A stretch of 28,818 nucleotides of DNA from a bacterium. Lineage in GTDB: Bacteria; Patescibacteriota; UBA1384; XYA2-FULL-43-10; 1-14-0-10-43-13. Location of the stretch: NCBI GenBank assembly GCA_035389625.1, contig DAOOSE010000002.1:1-28818 (forward strand), read 5' to 3'. The translations under genes were made by a program, and so were the position numbers. Positions 1-7,333 of the stretch are shown one piece after another; position 1 is the first letter of the stretch; every line of letters starts with the position of its first letter. The notes under the pieces were generated by a model. The model was not told where the DNA came from. It was given only the letters and a program-made list of their open reading frames with translations, and made no database searches.

Positions 1-355
1 CCAAAAAACCGGCCGTAGCATGAATAATGAGACCAATTCTGCCAAGCGAGCTTTTTCCCTCGAGCCTACCAACCATTGCTCGATTTACTCCTGTGGTCTC
101 AAAAACATTGCCGAGTACAAATTCACCGGGATGAATGATGAAATAACCGTCTTCCTTGATAACAACCTTCTCCATAAGATCACCGACCGGATTCTTCACA
201 TCGATGTAGGTGTGCCCCTTGCGGTTGAAAATCAAAAAATTTTTATCAAGATGCAGATCGACTGAAGCAGGCTGAATTGCATTCTCAAACAGGGGATCCA
301 CAGAAATAATTCCGTCTTTCAGTGCACTTTTGATATCTCTGTCGCTTAAAATCAT
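1..355 (-). CDS. dcd: dCTP deaminase, 3' end runs off the window; absent from the ORF track
   Basis: My translation from ATG 355 reads MILSDRDIKSALKDGIISVDPLFENAIQPASVDLHL...LEGKSSLGRIGLIIHATAGFL, with the Dcd motifs QPASVDL and GKSSLGRIG. GGGAG lies upstream. Confidence 0.93.
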   Translation of the reverse strand, partial: MILSDRDIKSALKDGIISVDPLFENAIQPASVDLHLDKNFLIFNRKGHTYIDVKNPVGDLMEKVVIKEDGYFIIHPGEFVLGNVFETTGVNRAMVGRLEGKSSLGRIGLIIHATAGFL

Positions 356-368
356 ACAACTCCCAAAA

Positions 369-974
369 TTACTGAAATATTTTTGTTAAAATTTGATTTA
401 GCTGAGCAAACAATTCCTCCCTGTTCCCAAGGTTTTGTACAGTATAGTCAGCCATCGCAATAGGACCACCTTTGTTCAGGTTCTCTATCTCGGCATAATC
501 ACGCTTCAAAGCCTCTTCTTTGGTAAAGTTACGATAAAGCAGCTTCTCATCATCAGGGTGCTGGTCAGAGCGATGTTGCAGCCGGCCGTACCTGACACAA
601 GGCGGCGCATAGACAGCAATTACGACCATGTTTTCGCCAAACTCGTCCTTTAGCAGCTTGTATTCTTCCCACGAATAGAGACCATCCCCAATCACATCTT
701 TCTCTTGAAGCAAACTTTTGAACTTAGGTAAATTTAGTTTTGCCATTACGGCCATGCCATGCTCTTTGCGAAGCTGCTCACGAACCTCTTTTTCCAAAGC
801 TTCTGATGGTTTCTCGCCTCGGCGGATGATTTCATCCATCACAGCCTGACCGATACGAACATAGCCGAACTTATGCTGCTTCAGTAAATACTGTGAAACT
901 TCAGATTTTCCCGATCCGCACATGCCAACAATACAGATTAGTTTTTTTGAACCAGAATTGTTAAATTGTTTCAT
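369..974 (-). CDS. P-loop NMP-kinase-fold protein (UPF0200 / dephospho-CoA-kinase-like), substrate unknown
   Basis: Walker A GMCGSGKS, a DG motif and GGPIAMAD at the C-terminus. 201 aa, co-oriented between glyA and dcd. Confidence 0.75.
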   Translation of the reverse strand: MKQFNNSGSKKLICIVGMCGSGKSEVSQYLLKQHKFGYVRIGQAVMDEIIRRGEKPSEALEKEVREQLRKEHGMAVMAKLNLPKFKSLLQEKDVIGDGLYSWEEYKLLKDEFGENMVVIAVYAPPCVRYGRLQHRSDQHPDDEKLLYRNFTKEEALKRDYAEIENLNKGGPIAMADYTVQNLGNREELFAQLNQILTKIFQ

Positions 975-984
975 TGTTAAATTG

Positions 985-2226
985 TTATTTAATCCCAGGA
1001 ATCGGAAATTTATTAACCATTTCTTTCACTTCAACTTTGACCTCAGCCAATTTTGCCTCATCGCCGATATTTTCAGCTACAGTATTGAACAATTCAGCAA
1101 TGCGCTGCATTTCGACAACACCCAATCCCCTGGTAGTGATTGCGGCCACCCCTACTCGAACACCGCTAGTCACCTTTGGGGGCAAAGGATCTCCCGGAAC
1201 ACCGTTCTTATTGACAGAGATACCAGCCTTTTCCAGTGAGTTTTGAAAATCAACGCCAGTCAGGTTTTTACTGCGTAAATCTATCAGAACAAGATGATTA
1301 TCCGTCCCATCGGTCACTAAGTCAAAATCAAAAGACTTAATCGTATCAGCAAAAACTTTCATATTATCAACCACACGCTGAATATAGTCCTTAAATTCCG
1401 GCTTCAGTGCCTCTCCAAACGCGACTGCTTTGGCGGCAATAACATGCTCAAGCGGGCCACCTTGAAGCATTGGAAATACTGCTTTGTTGATCTTTTTGGC
1501 CAGCTCTTCGTCATTAGTCATAATAATGCCGGATCTGGGCCCTCGCAGGGTTTTGTGAGTGGTAGAGGTTACAATATCAGCGACACCGATAGGGCTCGGG
1601 TGCAATCCGACTGCCACTAATCCGGCAATGTGGGCAATGTCAGCAAACAAAAATGCACCTACCTCGTCGGCAATTTCCCGAAATTTCTTAAAGTCAAGCT
1701 GTCGAGAGTAAGCGGAATATCCGGCCATTATAACTTTCGGCTTCACCTCTTTGGCAATGCGACGAATTTCCTCATAATCCAACACCCCTGTCTCAGGGTT
1801 TAACCCGTAGCTTTCCGAATGGAACCATTTGCCGGAGAATGAAACCTTGGAGCCATGGGTTAAGTGACCACCGGCATCCATCGCCTGTCCAAGAATTGTT
1901 TCACCAGGCTGCATTACTGCAGCATATGCGGCCATATTGGCAGATGATCCCGAGTGGGGTTGAACGTTTGCAAATTTGCAACCAAATAGCTTCTTTAGTC
2001 TCTCAATTGCGAGATCCTCGGCGCGATCAATCACTTCACAGCCACCATAATATCTCGCTCGAGGATAGCCTTCGGCGTATTTATTGGTCAAAATAGACCC
2101 AGTAGCTTCCAAGACCGCTTCTGAGACGTAGTTCTCCGAGGCGATCATCTCTAGCCCTTCAAGCTGTCTTGTTTTCTCTGACTCGATGATTTTGTAAATT
2201 TCCGAATCTTGTTGTTTTAGTGACAT
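985..2226 (-). CDS. glyA: Serine hydroxymethyltransferase
   Basis: Motifs MIASENY, NKYAEGYP, NVQPHSGS, TSTTHKTLRGPR (PLP lysine) and SGVRVG. Start moved to ATG 2226 (MSLKQQD), preceded by GAGG. Confidence 0.97.
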   Translation of the reverse strand: MSLKQQDSEIYKIIESEKTRQLEGLEMIASENYVSEAVLEATGSILTNKYAEGYPRARYYGGCEVIDRAEDLAIERLKKLFGCKFANVQPHSGSSANMAAYAAVMQPGETILGQAMDAGGHLTHGSKVSFSGKWFHSESYGLNPETGVLDYEEIRRIAKEVKPKVIMAGYSAYSRQLDFKKFREIADEVGAFLFADIAHIAGLVAVGLHPSPIGVADIVTSTTHKTLRGPRSGIIMTNDEELAKKINKAVFPMLQGGPLEHVIAAKAVAFGEALKPEFKDYIQRVVDNMKVFADTIKSFDFDLVTDGTDNHLVLIDLRSKNLTGVDFQNSLEKAGISVNKNGVPGDPLPPKVTSGVRVGVAAITTRGLGVVEMQRIAELFNTVAENIGDEAKLAEVKVEVKEMVNKFPIPGIK

Positions 2227-2264
2227 ATGCCTCAATTCTTTAATGACCATCAACACACTCAAGT

Positions 2265-2348
2265 AGTCAATAATCAATAATCATTTAATTCACAAATTGA
2301 TTATTAAGTAATTAATTGATAATTGGAAATTGATAACTGATAAATTTA
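2265..2348. repeat. Two oppositely oriented degenerate heptamer arrays between thyX and glyA
   Basis: agtcaat-aatcaat-aatcatt (2265-2285) and aattgat-aattgga-aattgat-aactgat-aaattta (2314-2348). Confidence 0.7.
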
Positions 2349-3059
2349 AGAAAATCTCTCTCTCAATTCGATTGTCTTAATTCTATCAGGTTTTCCACAG
2401 TGCAGCTTCCCTTGCCAGCAAATTTTCTCGGTCACACAAGTGGGACCGGCATATTTAAATACATTCGGAGCCACCTTGCGACATTCTTTTAGCATTTCCC
2501 TTGCTGCAGAACGAATCTCCCATTGTGCCCGATCACAAAGACGTTCCTCAAAGAAATTGAAAAGCGCACGGCAATTCATCGTCACAACAATCTTAGTCTC
2601 GCAAGCATTGGGGAGCAACGATCTAGCATCTTCCGCTGGCAAACCGAGTGCAAGCAGTTCATTGTAGCCATCTTGGGCCTGTTGTAGCCTCTCTAAATAT
2701 ATCTTTTTTGCCTGGGGATTTTTTTCAATAAGCGGCGGCATAATATATTCAAATCCACCCTCCTTCACGTAACGCTGGGATTTATGAGAATAGGACGCAA
2801 TTCGATGCCGAACGAGCTGATGCGTCATTGCTCTTGAGACACCTTCGATTGCAAAAGTAAATGAGGCATGTTCAATGGTGGAGGTATGCCCGGAGGAAAC
2901 TATTTGTTTGATCAGACGAGCTTTCTGGTCGTCTGTCACCTTGTCCCAAAGATCCTTACCGGAAAGAGAGCTATAGCACTGCCGAATCGCTGCCACTATC
3001 GTGCGCTCCGGGTCTTCAGTGTGCGAAAGTAAAGTGACTTTTAATTTAGCTTGCTGCAT
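2346..3059 (-). CDS. thyX: FAD-dependent thymidylate synthase
   Basis: ThyX motif RHRIASYSHKSQR, plus GHTSTIEH and AQWEIR. Start moved to ATG 3059 after AAAGGA. Confidence 0.96.
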   Translation of the reverse strand: MQQAKLKVTLLSHTEDPERTIVAAIRQCYSSLSGKDLWDKVTDDQKARLIKQIVSSGHTSTIEHASFTFAIEGVSRAMTHQLVRHRIASYSHKSQRYVKEGGFEYIMPPLIEKNPQAKKIYLERLQQAQDGYNELLALGLPAEDARSLLPNACETKIVVTMNCRALFNFFEERLCDRAQWEIRSAAREMLKECRKVAPNVFKYAGPTCVTEKICWQGKLHCGKPDRIKTIELRERFS

Positions 3060-3789
3060 ATATTTCCTTTTTGCCATTCCCGTGAAGACGGGAATCTGCT
3101 GATAGATGTTGAGATAATTTTGGTTCTATTGTGGCCCAAACCAAATCGCTGATTACTTCTATTGATTGCAGCTTTCCATCTTTAACGCACTCGATCTTTT
3201 TCCATCCATCCTCATTCTCAGCCAGCCAAAGATACTCCTTTTCACTTCTTAACATAAAATCGTCATTGGCTTCATGAATATCATGGGTCTTTTTTGAATA
3301 TTTTCTACCGACTTTCTTGGCAACTAAATCATGACCGATTTTGACCGGAACATAAAGAAAAAGAATAAGATCTGGCCTAGGTATGCCGTAAACACCAAAC
3401 TCAAGCTCATTGATCCAACTTCGAAGCTTCTCCTTATCACCCTTCTTCTTCATCTTTGCCACCTGAAAAGCCATATTTGATTGCGTATAGCGATTGGTGA
3501 CTATGATTTTACCATCTGCCAAGTCTTTTTCAATTTTCTCGGAGGCTTGCCAACGATCACCAGCATACAGAAGAGAGCTTAAGTAAGGACTTACATCATC
3601 TGCACCGCCAAATTCACCGTCCAAATACCGACCAACCATAGCTCCAAAGAAACTAGAATAGTATTGAGGGAAATCATAAAAAGCGGTTTCATAACCCGCT
3701 TTTTCTAAATTTTGAAGCAAAATATCAGCCTGAGTTTTTTTACCAGAACCGTCCGACCCCTCAACCACAATGAGTTTTCCCTGTTTCAT
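3046..3789 (-). CDS. tmk: Thymidylate (dTMP) kinase
   Basis: EGSDGSGKKTQ P-loop, NRYTQS and PDLILFL. ATGA overlap with dut; its tail overlaps the thyX start. Confidence 0.92.
   Translation of the reverse strand: MKQGKLIVVEGSDGSGKKTQADILLQNLEKAGYETAFYDFPQYYSSFFGAMVGRYLDGEFGGADDVSPYLSSLLYAGDRWQASEKIEKDLADGKIIVTNRYTQSNMAFQVAKMKKKGDKEKLRSWINELEFGVYGIPRPDLILFLYVPVKIGHDLVAKKVGRKYSKKTHDIHEANDDFMLRSEKEYLWLAENEDGWKKIECVKDGKLQSIEVISDLVWATIEPKLSQHLSADSRLHGNGKKEIYAAS
3076..3095. repeat. REP/dRS3-like palindrome ATTCCC-N8-GGGAAT inside the tmk 3' tail
   Basis: attcccgt-gaag-acgggaat is a perfect 8-bp stem. It translates as DSRLHGN in the tmk frame. Confidence 0.65.
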
Positions 3790-4208
3790 TTTTCTCCGGT
3801 CGAACCATAACGACTGACACCCCTCTCACTTGGTGGAAAATCTTTAACTTCTACAAGCTCTGGGTGCTCAACTTTCTGAATCAGAATCTGAGCAACTTTA
3901 CTCCCCTTTTCAATAGTATACGACACTTTTCCCAAATTCACGAGACCGATTGTTAGGTCGCCTTGATATCCGGCATCAAACACACCGCCGACAGTTTTGA
4001 TCATCTTTAGTGACATGCCACCCTTATCCCAGATCAGTCCAGCATAGCCAGAGGGGATATTGAGCGCAACCCCAGTCTCAACACGACAAAGCTCCCCAGG
4101 CCCGATCGTGTATTCTGCGAGACTGAAGAGATCCATGCCTGCATCATCACTCAATGCGTACTTTGGCAATATGGTATCCGGATGCAATCTTTTAACTTCA
4201 ATCTGCAA
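3786..4208 (-). CDS. dut: dUTP diphosphatase (trimeric)
   Basis: Motifs AGMDL, GVFDAGYQG, KVAQI and ERGVSRYGSTG. Start moved to TTG 4208 after GGAGG. Confidence 0.93.
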   Translation of the reverse strand: MQIEVKRLHPDTILPKYALSDDAGMDLFSLAEYTIGPGELCRVETGVALNIPSGYAGLIWDKGGMSLKMIKTVGGVFDAGYQGDLTIGLVNLGKVSYTIEKGSKVAQILIQKVEHPELVEVKDFPPSERGVSRYGSTGEK

Positions 4209-4300
4209 ATTCCCTCCAAAAGAAAAAACGGCGCAATCACACAACATAAAAAATGAAAAAATGATTATCCGTTTTGTTTTTGTTTTGTTGATCTTTCCTC

Positions 4301-4335
4301 AATTGATAATTGAAAAATGATCATTGAAAAATTTA
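4301..4335. repeat. Degenerate heptamer array in the dut leader
   Basis: aattgat-aattgaa-aaatgat-cattgaa-aaattta. Confidence 0.7.
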
Positions 4336-4340
4336 TTTTG

Positions 4341-4413
4341 AGTCCCCTCCGCCCCTCCTGGAGTCTGCTACAAAGCGCACATCTTTCCCTCCAAGCCTCG
4401 CAGCAGCGTCTCC
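4341..4413 (-). ncRNA. Candidate structured leader RNA or sRNA upstream of the dTTP operon
   Basis: On the minus strand GGAG pairs with CUCC, and CUGCUGCGAGGC pairs with GCUUUGUAGCAG (12 bp, 3 G.U). The 5' G lies just past a 7-nt spacer after a TGn-TATACT box. Confidence 0.5.
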
Positions 4414-4420
4414 GATAGTT

Positions 4421-4450
4421 AGTATAGCAACGCTATCTTAGGCTTGTGAA
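4421..4450 (-). promoter_or_regulatory. Sigma70-type promoter of the dTTP operon
   Basis: TTCACA-18 nt-TATACT with an extended TG. Predicted +1 is near 4413. Confidence 0.6.
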
Positions 4451-4468
4451 TGCCCTCATAAATGTAAA

Positions 4469-4477
4469 TTATCCACA
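4469..4477 (+). promoter_or_regulatory. DnaA box
   Basis: Exact TTATCCACA, about 20 bp upstream of the operon -35. Confidence 0.45.
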
Positions 4478-4505
4478 AGACGGTTTTCCGACTGCCAGTC
4501 TTGCT

Positions 4506-5511
4506 TTATGAGCGAGGTTCGTTTTCCTTTGACAGGAGAATCTTCCATACTTCATGGCGGACAAGCGGATTGACTATCTCTTTTCGTAGAGACGAAAGAA
4601 CACTAGACTGCATCGCAACAGACTCGTGGCCTGCTTCATCAATCGCACGAAGGCTATGCTGAAGCGAGCTTGCGATTCTTCGAGCCTCAACATCAATATC
4701 TTCCTCGTGTTTTTTATAGACCGCAGCAGCCTCTGTCAAATCCCTTGGATACCTAAAGTTTACTCCTCTCCGGTTTCCCCTCTCCCATCCGATCGTACCT
4801 TGAATTAGGTGTTGCCAGACCATCTCACCAACCTTCGATTCCATTCTTTGAAGCTGGTCAATCAAATAGGATCGATAATAGTCTAGTTCTTTACTACCAA
4901 CCTGCACATGAAACAGACTCTCAATCGATCCACTTGGAGAATAGTTTCCGGGATATTTCATTCTCTCTGGAGCACAATCACTGGTACCACCGCTCTGATA
5001 AGTGTCTTTCAATAGCCTGAGAATTTTCTTTGTATAAAATGTGAGCTTTGATCGAATCAGACATACCATCTAAGTCCTTATCGATAATTCCGCGATTTAT
5101 CGGCAATGATCTAATGTGGGCGATCTGTTCTTTCCTTAGACCGCTAACTCTTTGAGCAATCAGTGATCGCATCTCCTCCGAATATTTTCTTGCAATACCC
5201 TCTTTGAAATTAACTTCTCGTGTGAGATCATCCCCGTACCGATCTAACTCTTCCACCAGAGGGTCTTGGTCCATTTTTTCTTGAATATCATCGGAGTCGA
5301 CGAAGATATAGCCGTCTATATCGCTTTGCTCTTTAGCAGTACCCTTGGTCATCGAGCCAAACATTACAAAAGACACAACCTCAGGATTAGCTTTTTTAAG
5401 CTGGCCAAATGATTGCCGCACAGCCTCAATTCTTCTATGCACAAAATCATCTTTTTGTACCTCAAAGCGCTTACTCAATTCTACCTGCTGTTGTGGTTTT
5501 TCTGGATTCAT
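4506..5511 (-). pseudogene. Nucleotidyltransferase-domain gene split by a frameshift (or an assembly error)
   Basis: The N-terminal ORF has FGSMTKG...SDIDG (Pol-beta-like motif) and stops at 4978. An overlapping +1 frame (4506-5069) continues with protein-like sequence. Confidence 0.6.
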
Positions 5512-5563
5512 ACAGTTATTATAATCCAATAACAGGAAAAGCTAAACTTGTTGTATTATAACC

Positions 5564-5653
5564 GCTCAACACAAAAACGGTATCGATAAGGTTCTGTACT
5601 AACCCGTGGGAACATATGGGGTGTGAGCGTGCAGACGGTGCAGTGTGTGTTGA
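5564..5653 (+). ncRNA. Candidate ~90-nt rod-shaped small RNA
   Basis: Three nested helices: ucaacaca/uguguuga, guaucg/cggugc and ucuguac/gugcaga. G.U pairs favour the + strand. TATTAT at 5554-5559. Confidence 0.4.
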
Positions 5654-5690
5654 AAAAAAGGCTGAAATTTGCTATTATCAAGAACATGAT

Positions 5691-5767
5691 GCGCCCATAG
5701 CTCAGTTGGTTAGAGCGCTACATTGACATTGTAGAGGCCAGAGGTTCGAGTCCTCTTGGGCGCACCA
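5691..5767 (+). tRNA. tRNA-Val(GAC)
   Basis: Full cloverleaf: GCGCCCA/TGGGCGC acceptor stem, anticodon arm CTACA-TTGACAT-TGTAG, TTCGAGT loop and encoded CCA. Confidence 0.97.
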
Positions 5768-5845
5768 GAAACAAACATTCCACTCCATGTGGAATTATTG
5801 CTTTTACATTGGTAAAAGTTTATCTAACATTACATTGCTCGATGC

Positions 5846-5869
5846 AAATTAGAACGATCGTTCTGATTT
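5846..5869. promoter_or_regulatory. Palindromic operator-like site upstream of the MazG-like pair
   Basis: AGAACGATCGTTCT is a perfect 14-bp palindrome (5851-5864), extended by aaat/attt. Confidence 0.45.
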
Positions 5870-5899
5870 GCTGTAGTAAAATCAATTCCTTAGTAGTTT

Positions 5900-5908
5900 T
5901 GGTATAAT
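5900..5908 (+). promoter_or_regulatory. Extended -10 promoter for the MazG-like pair
   Basis: TGG-TATAAT, with a GGAGG RBS at 5940-5944. Confidence 0.6.
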
Positions 5909-5948
5909 AATATTAATAATAATCTTGTTGAAAAAGCATGGAGGTTTA

Positions 5949-6251
5949 ATGGATATAAAGGAGCTTTTAGCGACCGGGGAAGAAATTTGGGGCAAAGACG
6001 AGAAGATGACACTTCGCGAGGTTATCGCCTGCATGGGAAAAGTTTATGGCGATATCTGTCGATATGAAAGAAATGCAGCAAAGGACGTTAACACCCATAA
6101 CGATCACGAGCTGAAAAAAGAATTAGGACACTTAATATTCAGTACTATACGCTGGTCCAAGAAGGTTGGATTTGAACCAGAAACTTGCATCAAGCAAGCC
6201 ATTAAAACGCAAGAAAAAAGTCATCTAGTACTTAAAGAAGGAGAAAAATGA
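5949..6251 (+). CDS. MazG-like all-alpha NTP pyrophosphatase fold protein, copy A
   Basis: About 100 aa with GKVYGDICR...ELKKELGHLIFS. Start at ATG 5949 after GGAGG. Confidence 0.65.
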   Translation: MDIKELLATGEEIWGKDEKMTLREVIACMGKVYGDICRYERNAAKDVNTHNDHELKKELGHLIFSTIRWSKKVGFEPETCIKQAIKTQEKSHLVLKEGEK

Positions 6252-6544
6252 CAATTGACGAACTTCTAGAAAAATCAAAGGAAATCTGGGGTGATGAAGG
6301 GCACGATCTCTCGGATGTAATTGTCCGTTTGGGCAAAGTGTTTGGAGATATTTGTCGCTGGGAACGAAATGCAGACAAAGATTGCGTCACCCATACCGAC
6401 CTAGAACTACAAAAAGAGCTAGGGAACGTAATTTTTTCAACCATTAAGTTTTGTTACGAGCTTGGCTATGACCCCAACGAATGTATTGAAATTGCAATCG
6501 AAAGCCAAAGAAAAGGTGCTGCCGAACTAAAGCAAAGAAGCTGA
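6248..6544 (+). CDS. MazG-like all-alpha NTP pyrophosphatase fold protein, copy B
   Basis: 98 aa with GKVFGDICR...ELQKELGNVIFS. ATGA overlap with copy A and alignable to it end to end. Confidence 0.65.
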   Translation: MTIDELLEKSKEIWGDEGHDLSDVIVRLGKVFGDICRWERNADKDCVTHTDLELQKELGNVIFSTIKFCYELGYDPNECIEIAIESQRKGAAELKQRS

Positions 6545-6605
6545 AGGTTTCATTAACAAATTGAAGATCCGGTAATCTTGTGGTAAATTCTTAACGTTCT
6601 ACTGT

Positions 6606-6682
6606 GGGCATTTAGCTCAGTTGGTTAGAGTGCTGCGTTCACATCGCAGAGGCCACAGGTTCGAGTCCTGTAATGCCCACCA
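6606..6682 (+). tRNA. tRNA-Val(CAC)
   Basis: GGGCATT/AATGCCC acceptor stem, anticodon arm CTGCG-TTCACAT-CGCAG, TTCGAGT loop and CCA. Confidence 0.97.
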
Positions 6683-6717
6683 GAACTAAACCGATGATCG
6701 AAACCCTACATTTGAGA

Positions 6718-7278
6718 TTACCCTGAAATTATCCCCATCACTATTGGAGTCACATAAGCTTCAATGATTGCAGCAAGCAAGAGCATGGGTACGATTACTC
6801 TTACATATTTCAATAAAGCAATTTTAAAGACATCATCGATCGGCTCCTTGAAAAAGATCAGTCGAAACATTTTCACCCCAAGCCAGAGACCGTAAGTAGC
6901 ACCGATCAATACCGCACTTAGTTCTATAATCCCGTGCGGTAATATTCCGGCTGCCAAAAGTTGCCAGCTGCCGTTCTTTACGATGAGTGGAGTCACCATT
7001 CCTAACAAAAATCCATTTGAATAAATAAAATACAGCGGAGCAATCCCAAAGAAAATCCCAGCAAACATAGCGACCAACACTTTGAACGCATTGTTGAATA
7101 GAATGAATAAAAATATTGCAAAGTCAGGAGCACGATCAATCAGGGCTAAAAATGGATAATATTCCCTAAGAAAGTCCAATGCATCATTACTGTGCAATCC
7201 CTGATAATAGCCCCCTACCATCGAGGCGGCCATCACAAAAAATAAAATTGCATAATATTTGAGGGTTGGTTTCTTCAT
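6718..7278 (-). CDS. SpoIIM-family integral membrane protein
   Basis: Hydrophobic throughout, with FILFNN, NGFLLG and the ILPHGIIEL signature. Confidence 0.85.
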   Translation of the reverse strand: MKKPTLKYYAILFFVMAASMVGGYYQGLHSNDALDFLREYYPFLALIDRAPDFAIFLFILFNNAFKVLVAMFAGIFFGIAPLYFIYSNGFLLGMVTPLIVKNGSWQLLAAGILPHGIIELSAVLIGATYGLWLGVKMFRLIFFKEPIDDVFKIALLKYVRVIVPMLLLAAIIEAYVTPIVMGIISG

Positions 7279-7292
7279 TGGTCTCTTTTGAC

Positions 7293-7322
7293 AAAACTCC
7301 CCCGACTAGTCGGGGGAGTTTT
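7293..7322. terminator. Perfect 30-bp palindrome, probable terminator after the XRE-Hsp20 gene
   Basis: aaaactcccccgact|agtcgggggagtttt. Confidence 0.7.
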
Positions 7323-7333
7323 GGTATTGGGCG

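Noticed and set aside
1-355. dCTP deaminase as an anti-phage nucleotide-depletion system
   Set aside because: It is the housekeeping trimeric Dcd type in a thymidylate operon, not the kinase-fused zinc-deaminase defence type.
4341-4413. Known THF or ZTP riboswitch upstream of the glyA/thyX operon
   Set aside because: The conserved motifs of those classes are not recognisable. It is kept only as an unclassified candidate.
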